Below the pieces are notes generated by a model. The model was given only the letters and a program-made list of their open reading frames with translations, did no database searches and was not told where the DNA came from. A stretch of 64,000 bases of DNA, from assembly GCF_013167455.1 (NCBI RefSeq), contig NZ_CP038328.1; one strand, 5' to 3'. Numbering within the stretch: the stretch's first letter is position 1; every line of letters begins with the position of its first letter. Shown here piece after piece: positions 1 to 9,788 of the stretch. The position numbers and the translations under genes are program-made. Origin of the DNA: Escherichia coli O157:H7 (GTDB lineage Bacteria > Pseudomonadota > Gammaproteobacteria > Enterobacterales > Enterobacteriaceae).

Positions 1-231
1 CACCAGCACGACAAGATGCCGCATACTGCGCCCCAGTCGGTCCAGTTTCCAGACCACCAGCGTGTCACCTGCCGATAATGTCCTGAGCAGCTTTTTCAGT
101 CCTGGTCTGTCGGACTTTGTACCGCTTATCTTGTCTTCAAAAATCAGCTCACATCCTGCACACTCCAGCGCATTACGCTGTAATTCCGTATTCTGGTTAT
201 TTGTTGATACGCGGACATAGCCAATAAGCAT
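1..231 (-). CDS. Serine-recombinase DNA invertase (Pin/Gin/Cin/Hin family), 5' part only; gene runs off the left edge
   Basis: Partial, so absent from the ORF track. Minus-strand translation from ATG 231-229 gives MLIGYVRVSTNNQNTELQRNALECAGCELIFEDKISGTKSDRPGLKKLLRTLSAGDTLVVWKLDRLGRSMRHLVVLV. This is the resolvase/invertase catalytic N-domain (YVRVST). It lies next to an inversion cassette. Confidence 0.9.
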   Translation of the reverse strand, partial: MLIGYVRVSTNNQNTELQRNALECAGCELIFEDKISGTKSDRPGLKKLLRTLSAGDTLVVWKLDRLGRSMRHLVVLV

Positions 232-286
232 GAGCATTCCCCTGAGTAAAAACCGGGGATGATGCCAGTTAGCCATAATCTCTGCA

Positions 287-312
287 TTTTCTTAAACGTT
301 GGTTTGGGAGAA
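287..312. repeat. Invertase crossover site (hix/gix-like), left copy
   Basis: Reverse complement reads TTCTCCCAAACCAACGTTTAAGAAAA. Its first 14 nt are identical, in inverted orientation, to the site at 2178-2203. It resembles the remembered hixL sequence TTCTTGAAAACCAAGGTTTTTGATAA. Confidence 0.8.
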
Positions 313-672
313 GCGGCAAAACGGGATGTGGGGACAGGGGAAAATCAGATACCGGACATGGCCTCTTTTGCCAGTGGTGATGGATGGATGAAATTACCCA
401 ACGGGAAAATCCTGCAATATGGTCGTGGTGCGGTTACGCCGACATTATCGACGCAAACAATGAGAATTACATTCAGCATCCCTTTCTCCAAAAAAGCGGA
501 CTGCGCCATGCTTACTCATTCTGGTGATGGCGGTGCGCCTTTAGGCGCTGGGCGAGGGTTCGTGATGACTGCAGAAGGCCCAACGTTAACCGGCTTTAAT
601 TCTGCTTACAGAACGTCATCAACCAGCGACACGGTATCGATGAATTACAGTTGGTGGGCTGTTGGTGAGTAA
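295..672 (+). CDS. Alternative tail-fibre C-terminal segment (silent in this orientation; would fuse to the constant part after inversion)
   Basis: The 259-672 ORF shares the LGLGE junction with the expressed fibre and then diverges (AAKRDVGTGENQIPDMASFASGDGWMKLPNGKILQYG...). The upstream ATGs fall in or before the crossover site. Confidence 0.7.
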   Translation, partial: NVGLGEAAKRDVGTGENQIPDMASFASGDGWMKLPNGKILQYGRGAVTPTLSTQTMRITFSIPFSKKADCAMLTHSGDGGAPLGAGRGFVMTAEGPTLTGFNSAYRTSSTSDTVSMNYSWWAVGE

Positions 673-692
673 TTTTATTCAGGGTGATTTAT

Positions 693-1136
693 ATGAATGA
701 ATATGTTTATAGCGCAAGGCATAATGCTTTTTTCCCTGTGGATATGATTGATAAATATAAATCAGAGGGATGGGATTTATCAGACGCTAAGGAAGTAAAT
801 CAAAATATTATCAGTGAGTTTATGGCTGAACCGCCACAAGGAAAAATCCGTATTGCCGGAGATGATGGGCTGCCTGCGTGGGCAGATATTCCTCCACCCA
901 CGCATGAAGAACTTATTGAAATTACTGAATCAGAAAGACAGCTACTAATTAACCAGGCCAACGAATACATGAACAGTAAACAATGGCCCGGTAAAGCCGC
1001 TATTGGTCGTCTGAAAGGTGAGGAACTGGCGCAATATAATTTGTGGCTGGATTATCTGGATGCACTGGAGCTGGTTGATACCTCCAGTGCGCCAGATATT
1101 GAATGGCCTACGCCTCCGGCAGTTCAGGCCAGATGA
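693..1136 (+). CDS. Tail-fibre assembly protein (alternative copy, partner of 295-672)
   Basis: ORF 684-1136. The C-terminal motif ...DYLDALELVDTSSAPDIEWPTPP parallels ...LDYIDAVTATDTSTAPDVIWPELP in the 1108-1710 protein. Start chosen at ATG 693. Confidence 0.75.
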   Translation: MNEYVYSARHNAFFPVDMIDKYKSEGWDLSDAKEVNQNIISEFMAEPPQGKIRIAGDDGLPAWADIPPPTHEELIEITESERQLLINQANEYMNSKQWPGKAAIGRLKGEELAQYNLWLDYLDALELVDTSSAPDIEWPTPPAVQAR

Positions 1137-1710
1137 CATCCGGCGCGGTGCTGGTATCTGTTGCCGTCACCGCGTCAATGTAATCCAGCACAGCGTTAAG
1201 TCTGGTTGTTTCTGCCTGCGTCGGTTTACGTCCGGCCTGCAATTTCAGTTGAATCAGACTGATGGAAGCCATTGCTGCATCAATCAGTGACTGGCGCTGT
1301 GCTTCTGCCGCTTCTACTGCGGCACCGTGTTGTGCCTCAGTATCTGTCACCCATTTTTCACCATCCCATTTATCGAATGGCGTTAACGGGGCGATAGTGG
1401 TTGTATTTTCAGGATAATCACCCGGAGCTGTGATTTCTTTGGCGTCTCCCGTTTCGGTGTTATAGACGATTTCACCGCGATGGTCTGGCACATATTCCCA
1501 TGAGTTTAAATCCATCGAACGGCAGATAGCATAACCCGCCTTATGTATACCAGGTTCATCCAGACAGGAATATGCAGGGATACCGACACCAATGGCAAGA
1601 TATTCATTTGAAGTAGAAATATATTCCCGAGTTTTACCATCATAGTTATAGACGGTAATATTCCCCGCCTTCGTGGCAATAAGCTCGCTATTTAATACGG
1701 CGTTATCCAT
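1108..1710 (-). CDS. Tail-fibre assembly protein (expressed copy)
   Basis: 200-aa ORF that starts in the ATTATG overlap with the fibre gene stop. It has the conserved Tfa-type C-terminus. Confidence 0.85.
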   Translation of the reverse strand: MDNAVLNSELIATKAGNITVYNYDGKTREYISTSNEYLAIGVGIPAYSCLDEPGIHKAGYAICRSMDLNSWEYVPDHRGEIVYNTETGDAKEITAPGDYPENTTTIAPLTPFDKWDGEKWVTDTEAQHGAAVEAAEAQRQSLIDAAMASISLIQLKLQAGRKPTQAETTRLNAVLDYIDAVTATDTSTAPDVIWPELPEA

Positions 1711-2480
1711 TATGCAGCCCTCACGATATAGTTAAATGCAATATTTCGTGGACGGGTTTCACTCCCGCCAGTATTACCGATACTCCCTCGTGAATGAAGT
1801 GTCGGTGATGGGATCAGACTCCCTCCTGTATTTGTGGCATCAAGTCCCCGTCCTTGTGTGTATGTCTTTTTGAAAATCGTAGCCAGTTCCCATTCATCTT
1901 TTGTGTCGTAACCATCATTGGCAACAACAATATGGCGGTGTTTTTCCAGCATCCCTGTCTGAATGCTCAATAAAACACGTCCTGCATCAATACCGCGCCC
2001 GTCATCCCAGCCACGAATAAACTCACCACGTAAATCAGGCAATTTATTTGTCGGATAAGCCTTTGCCAGTTCCGGGTATTCTTCAGCAGAAAAAGCCGCA
2101 CCGTTGCATTTCAGCCAGCCTGTTGGCGGTGTGGCTGAAGGCCATGGAACAGGCACACCAACAGGTAATGCAGAGCCTTCTCCCAAACCAAGGTTTTCGA
2201 GAGCCGTTTGCACAGTGCCATCCGATTTGATATCGCCAAACGGATTCTTGCGGCTTAACAGCAGCGCGCGAAGTGCGGTAAGTAACTGGTCGTGCCGCCC
2301 CTTCTCCAGGCTGGCACCGGATGCCTCCACCACGCTGCAAAGTTCCTCCTGCAACATGTCAAAGTAGTCATCATCCAGATCGGTGGCAGGCGTGCCGGTC
2401 TGGGGGTTACCACGGGTAAAACCGTTCTTACCCGCGCCGAACTTATCCTTCTGCGCGGTTTTCGTGTCTATACGATGCAT
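1710..2480 (-). CDS. Tail-fibre protein (constant N-part plus currently expressed variable C-part)
   Basis: 256-aa ORF with a phage tail-collar-like C-part ([19 protein letters not shown]). The crossover site is embedded in it. Confidence 0.85.
   Translation of the reverse strand: MHRIDTKTAQKDKFGAGKNGFTRGNPQTGTPATDLDDDYFDMLQEELCSVVEASGASLEKGRHDQLLTALRALLLSRKNPFGDIKSDGTVQTALENLGLGEGSALPVGVPVPWPSATPPTGWLKCNGAAFSAEEYPELAKAYPTNKLPDLRGEFIRGWDDGRGIDAGRVLLSIQTGMLEKHRHIVVANDGYDTKDEWELATIFKKTYTQGRGLDATNTGGSLIPSPTLHSRGSIGNTGGSETRPRNIAFNYIVRAA
2178..2203. repeat. Invertase crossover site (hix/gix-like), right copy, inside the tail-fibre gene
   Basis: TTCTCCCAAACCAAGGTTTTCGAGAG. It lies at the codons ...ENLGLGE of the 1710-2480 ORF. 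The alternative ORF at 295-672 carries ...NVGLGE at its copy. Confidence 0.8.
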
Positions 2481-2483
2481 GGA

Positions 2484-3068
2484 TTACTCCGGATATTTAA
2501 AAATTACGTAGGTTTGCGACGGGCAGAGTTTGTTAAGCACACACTCGACAACGGTGTCACCCCAGATACGCAGTGCGGAATCACAGGGATCGCCACATGT
2601 CATCCAGGTGGAGTTGGTGGTGGCTGGCATGTTGACCTGCCAGTAATACCGCCATTCCGGCGCATTCACCGCGTCAGTACAGGCCGATGAGCAGGTGAAA
2701 GTGCTTTTGTCGTATCGCGTGATGGTGGCATCTGGTCTGCCCAGGGCAGCAAGCTGTGCAAGATAAAAATCCTCGTTGATGCCGCCCGCCAGGTTAACCT
2801 TCGCATCCAGCCGTTGCTGACGCTGGCGAAGGGTCTGCGTTCCCGCCGGAATACATTCATCCGGCAGACCGCACAGACGCTCCCAGCGGTTTATCAGTTC
2901 AGTGGTGGTGCGAGGATCCAGCTCCCGCATCAGGGCATCCGCACGCTGATGAACACGGGTTAATGACGGTGCCGCACCGGCAATCGCCGGATCGCTGGCT
3001 GACCACGCCGGACCGGGCGGCAACAGTGCCGATAACAGGCGGATGTAATCATCGTTTGTCACGTCCAT
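2484..3068 (-). CDS. Baseplate/tail protein, Mu gp48-like (DUF2313, YmfQ-like)
   Basis: 194 aa, [18 protein letters not shown]-terminus. Sits after the baseplate J gene. Confidence 0.75.
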   Translation of the reverse strand: MDVTNDDYIRLLSALLPPGPAWSASDPAIAGAAPSLTRVHQRADALMRELDPRTTTELINRWERLCGLPDECIPAGTQTLRQRQQRLDAKVNLAGGINEDFYLAQLAALGRPDATITRYDKSTFTCSSACTDAVNAPEWRYYWQVNMPATTNSTWMTCGDPCDSALRIWGDTVVECVLNKLCPSQTYVIFKYPE

Positions 3069-4117
3069 GAAATCGTCCCCAGTACCGCCAGTTCGTTTTT
3101 CGCAATGGAGATATTGTCCACCGGTGCAAGCAACTGATGGCTGTATTCCCCGTTCGCACCGGAAATCGCCTCACTGATACGCGATACCTTGAGTTCTCCC
3201 TGCGGATAACCATCACGCAGCAGGAACGAACGCAACTCCGCGGTAATGGCAGCCCGTATTTCCGGTGTGTCCGGCGTCACGCGGATATGAAAATCCACTT
3301 TATGCGCCACCGGCCTGAATACATACAAATCAGAGCCTGCCACCGGGGCCAGTGGCTCAATGTGTTGTCTTGCCGCCGTTTCCGTTGATTCTTCCGGAAT
3401 GGGATTAATCAGGTCACTGCTGGCAATCATCACACCGACAGTTCCCGTTCCCATCCAGTGACGGTATGTCCATGCGCGGGTAATGCCGGGCACTTCTTTA
3501 GCCCAGACAACATAGTCCCCGTCAGCCCCGCCCTGAGGCGTCCAGTAATACCGCTCAATGACGCGGGCGCGCCACGTTTCCAGATCTTCAGTATCGAATC
3601 CGCCAGTCAGGGTATCTGCAACACCGGAAGACGGCAGACCATTCACCGGCGTGACCAGGATTAATGCCGTACCGTCGTCAGCGTTACCGACCGCGCCTGC
3701 ACTTGAGCAGGCGATCGGCACGCGCAGGACACCACCGGAGCTGGTTGCATCAGCAGTTGCCGTGTACTGAACCAGGTCATCGCGCTGAATCACGCTCCCG
3801 GCGGTCACCTTCAGGCCATCGCTGACACCTTCCCAGCGCATATACCCGCTGGCAGCCGTGGCCCCCTTGCGCGGACACCGTTTCATCGCAGCATGTCGCG
3901 CCAGCCAGGACTCATCGCACAGGTCAGGCAGCATGTTCATTGCCAGATAATCGATGTAACCGTAAACCGTATGCAGCGCCGCCGCATACACCTTTGCCCG
4001 CACGTCTTCATCCATGCGCCGGAGCGTGTCGCTGACGTCCAGCCTGGCGAATAAATCGTTACGGAGCATACTGATATTTTCTGCCAGCGTCGGGCGCTGA
4101 AATTCACTGTCCGCCAT
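3059..4117 (-). CDS. Baseplate J-like protein (Mu gp47-like)
   Basis: 352 aa; placed by synteny in the Mu-type baseplate cluster. Confidence 0.8.
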   Translation of the reverse strand: MADSEFQRPTLAENISMLRNDLFARLDVSDTLRRMDEDVRAKVYAAALHTVYGYIDYLAMNMLPDLCDESWLARHAAMKRCPRKGATAASGYMRWEGVSDGLKVTAGSVIQRDDLVQYTATADATSSGGVLRVPIACSSAGAVGNADDGTALILVTPVNGLPSSGVADTLTGGFDTEDLETWRARVIERYYWTPQGGADGDYVVWAKEVPGITRAWTYRHWMGTGTVGVMIASSDLINPIPEESTETAARQHIEPLAPVAGSDLYVFRPVAHKVDFHIRVTPDTPEIRAAITAELRSFLLRDGYPQGELKVSRISEAISGANGEYSHQLLAPVDNISIAKNELAVLGTISWT

Positions 4118-4532
4118 GCGTTATCGCACTCCACAGATCATCAAAAGAAATCATTACCGGTCCGTCACGACGCCAGAGGGTGATACTGTTACCCAGCTCA
4201 TTAATCCCGGTGCGGCGGATATCCAGATCAATACGGGACACCACGCCGTCATCAATCATCCATTGCAGGCATTCGCGGATATACCCCCTTACTGTCTGCA
4301 CCAGCTGATTGGTCAGTTTGCTGCGCTGAAGCAGCCACAGTCGTGAGCCGTAACGGTCATTCTGTACCGCAGGCCAGGTATCCCCCCACCATCCCATCGG
4401 GACGTCGGCGTTGTCATCAGGCTCCGCCCGCCGCCAGGTAAACAGGGAAATCACCACGGCGCGGGTCAGCGGATCCAGCGGTGCGCTGGCGCAGGTGCGT
4501 TTACCGTTCACCGTCAGCCACAGTTCCATCAT
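4104..4532 (-). CDS. Baseplate protein, phage GP46 family (Mu gp46-like)
   Basis: 142 aa with the GWWGD...GSRLWLL motif. Confidence 0.75.
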   Translation of the reverse strand: MMELWLTVNGKRTCASAPLDPLTRAVVISLFTWRRAEPDDNADVPMGWWGDTWPAVQNDRYGSRLWLLQRSKLTNQLVQTVRGYIRECLQWMIDDGVVSRIDLDIRRTGINELGNSITLWRRDGPVMISFDDLWSAITHGGQ

Positions 4533-5077
4533 GCCTCCATCGCTTTATCCGGTTTGTCGGTGTTACTGCCCTGACCGTTCTCTCTGTGACGATGCCCGTT
4601 ATAGGCAAGCCGCATCGCTGACATGGTAGTGCCGCTGGAGTCGCACAGGTCTTTCACCTGTCCTGTCACTTCCAGGTCCATTTCAAAACGTGCTTTAGGT
4701 GAATTGCGAAACGTGATCGTTTTACCTGCACCGTCCACCACGATCCCCTCCCGGGTCAGCGTCACAGACTGCCCCTGATCGTCATAGACAGCCACCTCAC
4801 CCGTCTGCAACCCTTTCAGGCGGTAGCGCCGGTCCGACACCGTAACAACCACCGCATGAGAACGGTCGCCATCCGGAAACAACACCACCGCTTCCGCGCC
4901 GCTGTTTGCCCTTGCGGTAAAACCGTAGGGTTCAAGATGTTCAACCCCGGCTTTGGGTTCACCGGCAATCAGGGACACATCCACGGTCTGACATTTCGTG
5001 GCGGCACTGATGCTTTTCACCACTGCCCGCGCAATCAGGCCGAGAAGTTGTCGCTGCATGGCTTCAATCGTCCTCAT
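4529..5077 (-). CDS. Baseplate assembly / spike protein (Mu gp45, gpV-like)
   Basis: 182 aa, LEPYGFTA...DRSHAVVV motif. Confidence 0.75.
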   Translation of the reverse strand: MRTIEAMQRQLLGLIARAVVKSISAATKCQTVDVSLIAGEPKAGVEHLEPYGFTARANSGAEAVVLFPDGDRSHAVVVTVSDRRYRLKGLQTGEVAVYDDQGQSVTLTREGIVVDGAGKTITFRNSPKARFEMDLEVTGQVKDLCDSSGTTMSAMRLAYNGHRHRENGQGSNTDKPDKAMEA

Positions 5078-6156
5078 CAGAACGGGTCCTCCTGTACTCT
5101 GGCTTTTTTCTTTTTCCGCGCGCCGGGGGCTTCGGGTTCAGGCAGATAAGCATCAGGCGGGCCGACACGGATTTCCGTCAGGGTGCCGTTCTGGTCCTGA
5201 GTAAACGTGACTTCCGAGACAAGCAGTTCGGTATTGTCGAAACCACAGACTGGATCGAAGACAATCACCCGCTGGTTGGGCTGCCACAGCGTACCGTTAC
5301 CCTGTCGCCAGCCCTGCACCACATAGGTGGTTTCATCCGTCCGCGCCGCCCGTTGTCGGGCTTCAAAGTCAGCACGCGCAATACAGCCTGCCCCCGTGGC
5401 CTGCCCTGTCTGCCTGATATACATCGGACGGTAACGGGCAATAAATGCGTCCTCTGTGCGGGCCCGCAGCGCGGTGGTGGTGACCTCACCGAAATCATCG
5501 TCGTTTCCGGCACGCTGCCCCGCCACCTGGTAAACAGAAAACCGCTCCCGGATACTCTTCTCCGTATCACAGGAAAGGATGTTTTCCCCAAGTACCAGCG
5601 CGGTATGTGCCCGCGTTGAGCCAATACCGCCAATCACCAGCCTGCCGTGCGGATCGTCGTAAGCCAGCGCCTGCTGCTGACCGAGTATTTTGTTGATAAC
5701 CTCAATCACCGTTTCACCGTGATCAGGCTGAACATCAGGAATAACACCCGACGGCGCACCGCTGTTCACCACCTCAATGCCGAAAGGCGCAGCAAGCGCC
5801 TGCGCAATCTGCACCAGCGAGCGTCCGTTAAACTGTGTCGGTTCGGCTGCACAGTCAATCAGGTCAGCCGTCAGACTACGTCCGGCAATACCGGTGCTGA
5901 CCGAACGGGCATCGTAACGAACGGGAGTCGCCTCCACCCAGCCGGTGATCACCAGCTCATCACCAATCAGCACTTCCACTTTTGAACCGTTTTTAATGCG
6001 CGGCTGAAGCGTGGTGATACCCTCATCTCCCGGCCACTGGCGAGTGATCTCCACACTGAAATCCCGCGCCAGCCGTTCAATACCGGCACCGATGCGCACC
6101 GATGTCCAGCCATTCCACTCCCGGCCATTTACCCGTAGCGTGACATTGTCGTTCAT
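5077..6156 (-). CDS. Tail protein P (Mu gp44 / late control D-like baseplate hub)
   Basis: 359 aa; placed by synteny. Confidence 0.75.
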   Translation of the reverse strand: MNDNVTLRVNGREWNGWTSVRIGAGIERLARDFSVEITRQWPGDEGITTLQPRIKNGSKVEVLIGDELVITGWVEATPVRYDARSVSTGIAGRSLTADLIDCAAEPTQFNGRSLVQIAQALAAPFGIEVVNSGAPSGVIPDVQPDHGETVIEVINKILGQQQALAYDDPHGRLVIGGIGSTRAHTALVLGENILSCDTEKSIRERFSVYQVAGQRAGNDDDFGEVTTTALRARTEDAFIARYRPMYIRQTGQATGAGCIARADFEARQRAARTDETTYVVQGWRQGNGTLWQPNQRVIVFDPVCGFDNTELLVSEVTFTQDQNGTLTEIRVGPPDAYLPEPEAPGARKKKKARVQEDPF

Positions 6157-7481
6157 TGCACTGGCACCTTCAGAGGGATCACCGGCACAAAGCCGGGATG
6201 CGTAATGGCATTACGCCGGATAATGTCCGCGTCACGCGCCGCGTTATCAAACCAGGTAGCCGCCAGCACCAGCGCGGGTAAAACCTCATCCGGCGTGCGC
6301 TGAATGATCCGTGCAGACTGTTCAAGGCGCGTGTTGATATCCGCATTCAGATCTGCTTTCACCCGGCGCAGCGCCAGAAACAGCGCATCACTGGTTGTAC
6401 GGGACAACTCCTTATCAATTGCCGTATTCAGTGTGTCGCGAATGTCGGTCAGTTCTTCCCACGTTGGCAGGTCAACCGTGTTTTTCACCGCCGGTGCATT
6501 GTTCAGTGCCGGATGCGTGACAGAAGGCCAGCCGGTGCTCTGCGCGGGTGTTGTTGACTGCCCTACTGTGGCATTCTGCATCACCGCGGAAGTTGTGGGC
6601 GCAGGCAATCGTGTGACGGCATACGCCGCTTCGCTGATTGCGGTCGTACGAAGGGTGCTGGCAACCACGTTACGCTGCTGCGTCGCCGTGGCGGTAGTTT
6701 TACTGTCCGTTTTCCAGACGCCGCGCGGTTGCAGATCGCTGCCGAGGCTGACACCGGAAAGCGTTTTGATCATGGTGACCAGGTCGCTGGCGTTACCATA
6801 AAGGCGTTTCCCGGTACGCCACATTTTCTGCACCTGCTCAACGAAATTTTTGCCTGACGATGGTGGCGGCAGAAGTACCGAGATATCCCCCTGCAACAGC
6901 CTGGCGGCATCCGATACGGCAGAATCCACCACTTTCATCGCATCAGAAACATACCCAAGCATTGTGCTGGCATTACCGACGACGTCGTTCTGCACAAAAT
7001 CTGCCACGCCATCGATACTGAAACCACTGAAGCTGTCACTGATGCAGTCATCCAGTGCAGAACAGGATGACATCAGCGTCTGCGCCGTCGCCGCACCTGA
7101 AGTGGGGTAAGAGAGTTCTCCCGCTTCGACAAACTTCAGGTCAAAGCGGACAATACGCCCTTCACTCTTCGATGTGCTGACCCGAACTTCCCCGTCAACA
7201 CAGACTTTCAGCTCACCGTAAGTCGGATGGACAAGCGTGCCGGGACCGGGTTTATTCAGCGCGTCAATCAGGCGATCGCGCTGGTCAAAGCAGTCATCTC
7301 CCACCACATAAGCTGTGATGGACGGGCGGAAAGTGATTTTCCCCAGGTCTTCGGTATAGGGTTTGTCGCGGTTCGGGTATTCGTGCGTTTCCACACGACG
7401 ACCGGTTCCCGCACTTTCTTCTTCAACCTTAAACGGCACACCGCGAAATGACGCGTCCTGAAGTCTGTCTTTCCACGTCAT
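6153..7481 (-). CDS. DNA circulation protein-like tail protein (Mu gp43-like)
   Basis: Start moved to ATG 7481 (GGAG 6 nt upstream). N-terminus MTWKDRLQDASFRGVPFKVEEES...HEYPNRDKPYTEDLGK. Confidence 0.75.
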   Translation of the reverse strand: MTWKDRLQDASFRGVPFKVEEESAGTGRRVETHEYPNRDKPYTEDLGKITFRPSITAYVVGDDCFDQRDRLIDALNKPGPGTLVHPTYGELKVCVDGEVRVSTSKSEGRIVRFDLKFVEAGELSYPTSGAATAQTLMSSCSALDDCISDSFSGFSIDGVADFVQNDVVGNASTMLGYVSDAMKVVDSAVSDAARLLQGDISVLLPPPSSGKNFVEQVQKMWRTGKRLYGNASDLVTMIKTLSGVSLGSDLQPRGVWKTDSKTTATATQQRNVVASTLRTTAISEAAYAVTRLPAPTTSAVMQNATVGQSTTPAQSTGWPSVTHPALNNAPAVKNTVDLPTWEELTDIRDTLNTAIDKELSRTTSDALFLALRRVKADLNADINTRLEQSARIIQRTPDEVLPALVLAATWFDNAARDADIIRRNAITHPGFVPVIPLKVPVQ

Positions 7482-7541
7482 ATAAACTCCGTACATAAAA
7501 AATCCCACCGGAGTGGGACTCATTAACAGATTAATTTTTCA

Positions 7542-9377
7542 TTACCTGCCAAAGCGCGTATAGCCAACATCATGGCTGACATCAAAACCGCTGGATCGCG
7601 TTTCCATAACCCGCATACCCGGAGGCGAATTCACAAAAGAGACCTTGATCTCACCATCAACTTTTGGCGCAGAAGCTTTGTTAATCATGAAGGGATTCGG
7701 GCCTGTGGCACCGGAGGCGTTGTTTGACTGAGCCGGATCTACCGCCTGATAAGGTGTGTATCCCCGTGCCGGTATTCCCGTCCCATAAGCATCATAAGCA
7801 CCCGCGCCCCACTGCGCAGAGTTAATGGCATCGACCGTGTCACCGGAACTGTCGGTAAACCACTCAATAATTGGCTTCAGTTTGTCCCACATATCCTGAA
7901 ACCACTTAACAACCGGTCCCCAGTTATTGATTACCATCCCCAGCGGCGACCAGGCAAAAACCTTCTTCAGAAGTTCCCAGCCAGCCTCAAAATAAGGACC
8001 AATGGTTTCCCAGAGCTTCTTGAAATAAGGTCCGACAACATCCCAGTTAGTGATAATTAATCCCGCAGCCAGGGCTATCGCCGTCGCAATCATTCCAATC
8101 GGCGTCATCGACATGATCCTGCTGACAATACTGATGGCACCGCCAACGCCCATCAATCCCAGTTTCAGAATCGCAAGACCGGCAGCAAGCCCGACGACGC
8201 CGCGAATAACCCGGGGATTTTCATCCGCAAACTTCGTGAATTTTTCCCCTAACTCCCCCAGCCATTGCGTGATATTTTTGGCGTCACCAGAAAATGCGCC
8301 GCCAATAGCCGCAAGGCCGTTAGTTGCGGTCCCCGTCATTGCCTCCCACAGGTTGGACAGCGTACCAAGCTGGGCCTGAACACGTTTATTCAGGCTGGCC
8401 TGTTTATTCATCTTCTGCTGGATCTGATCGTAGCCATCCTTTCCTTTATCGATTAGTGCATTGACCACCTGAAGGGTTTCGGCATCATCACCAAATATTG
8501 CCTTAAGTACACCTGTTCGCTTAACGTCGGTCAGTTTTCGCAGCTTTGCCAGTTGCCTGAACATGTTATCAAGACCGCCAAAACTTCCTTTGCCGTCAGT
8601 AAAATCGAGCTGTACCCCGAGTTTCTGGCGGGCCATGATTTTATTGACGTCCCTGATTTTCTTAACGCTTAATCCGGACTGGATAACTTTTCGCAGGGCG
8701 TTACCTGCCGACTCCCCGTTCATCCCCATCTGATCCATCATGACGCTGATGGGGGCAAGGCTCTGTGCAGCCTGAAGACCGTCCTTGTTCACCATCTTCA
8801 GAACAGAGCTGGTTTTAGTGAAGAAGGACAACATGTTGGTATCGTCAACACCCAGATAAAACGCCTTCTGGATAGTGTCGAACAGCCCCATCATGTCTTC
8901 TGACGCCGTTCCGGTAGCATCCTGCATCTTTGCAGCAAACTCAGCAGCCGCTTCCGGTGTTTTTTTCAGTTGTACCGCAAGATAAGCTGTCGCTTTACCC
9001 ACACCGCCAAGAATGTTTTCTGCCGGGATCCCCTGACGCACCAGCATCTGCATCATGTTCTGGAAATCAGCCGTTGTACCGGGTAGCTGGTTACCCAGGC
9101 CAATAGCCAGTTTATTGATGTCCTGAAAGCTCTTTCCAACCTCGCCGTTCGCATCCATCATGGCGACTTTCAGCCCGGTGGCGGCGTTTTCCTGATCGGC
9201 ATAAGATTTCAGGGAAAGCGTCAGACCCGCTGCCAGTCCGCCACCAAGCGCCAGCCCACCCTGTGACGCTTCTTCCGCCTGGCGTTTAAATCCCCGGATT
9301 TTCTTTTGCATTTTCGACAGCGCGGGAGAAAGCCTGTCGACACCGGTGATCAACGCCTTAAGCTCAAATTCCGCCAT
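7542..9377 (-). CDS. Tail tape-measure protein
   Basis: 611 aa, Ala/Gly-rich with hydrophobic glycine-zipper segments. Lies downstream of the chaperone pair. Confidence 0.85.
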   Translation of the reverse strand: MAEFELKALITGVDRLSPALSKMQKKIRGFKRQAEEASQGGLALGGGLAAGLTLSLKSYADQENAATGLKVAMMDANGEVGKSFQDINKLAIGLGNQLPGTTADFQNMMQMLVRQGIPAENILGGVGKATAYLAVQLKKTPEAAAEFAAKMQDATGTASEDMMGLFDTIQKAFYLGVDDTNMLSFFTKTSSVLKMVNKDGLQAAQSLAPISVMMDQMGMNGESAGNALRKVIQSGLSVKKIRDVNKIMARQKLGVQLDFTDGKGSFGGLDNMFRQLAKLRKLTDVKRTGVLKAIFGDDAETLQVVNALIDKGKDGYDQIQQKMNKQASLNKRVQAQLGTLSNLWEAMTGTATNGLAAIGGAFSGDAKNITQWLGELGEKFTKFADENPRVIRGVVGLAAGLAILKLGLMGVGGAISIVSRIMSMTPIGMIATAIALAAGLIITNWDVVGPYFKKLWETIGPYFEAGWELLKKVFAWSPLGMVINNWGPVVKWFQDMWDKLKPIIEWFTDSSGDTVDAINSAQWGAGAYDAYGTGIPARGYTPYQAVDPAQSNNASGATGPNPFMINKASAPKVDGEIKVSFVNSPPGMRVMETRSSGFDVSHDVGYTRFGR

Positions 9378-9788
9378 GTGTGCGTTTCTCCTGCTCTATC
9401 CTGTTTGCCTGACTGACCAGCAAGGGAATTTCACTGATCGGCATATTCAGCAATTCGAAAGGATTAATGCGCCAGTAGCTGGCGCAGTCAAAGAAGCGAT
9501 CAGTGAGGTATTCAGCCGTCAGGCCTGGAGGAAAAAACCAGCCACAAGCCACGCCGCTGCATTCAGGTCTGCCGGAGACATCTGGTCGACAGAGCTTTGC
9601 GGCACTTTCGCCAGCCGCACAATGTATTTCGACACCACATGCGCCAGAAGTCTGACTGACTCATCCTGATTCATCTGGTAGGGATACCCCAGCTCGCGGA
9701 CATCCTTCCCGGTGGGTTCATCAAACTCCAGTACGGAGAGTGTCTCGCCATGAGCAGTAATCGGTTTCTTTAACTCAAGCTCTTTCAT
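9364..9788 (-). CDS. Tail assembly chaperone, -1 frameshift fusion product (GT-like)
   Basis: After a -1 slip at TTTTTTC, the reading continues F-F-P-P-G-L-T-A-E-Y-L-T-D-R..., which is the 9364-9552 ORF. Confidence 0.7.
9519..9788 (-). CDS. Tail assembly chaperone (G-like, zero-frame product)
   Basis: 89-aa ORF between the tube and tape-measure genes. It ends just after a slippery heptamer. Confidence 0.8.
   Translation of the reverse strand: MKELELKKPITAHGETLSVLEFDEPTGKDVRELGYPYQMNQDESVRLLAHVVSKYIVRLAKVPQSSVDQMSPADLNAAAWLVAGFFLQA
9531..9537 (-). other. Programmed -1 ribosomal frameshift slippery heptamer T TTT TTC
   Basis: Minus strand GGT TTT TTC CTC CAG GCC TGA in the zero frame. This fits the X XXY YYZ pattern, and the overlapping ORF is in the -1 frame. 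Confidence 0.7.

Larger units (their letters stand above)
287..2203. other. About 1.9 kb invertible tail-fibre host-range segment (Mu G / P1 C / e14 P type)
   Basis: Layout on the minus strand: constant fibre part, then [variable end + assembly gene], then [second assembly gene + second variable end on the opposite strand], then invertase. The segment is bounded by inverted 26-bp sites. Confidence 0.8.
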
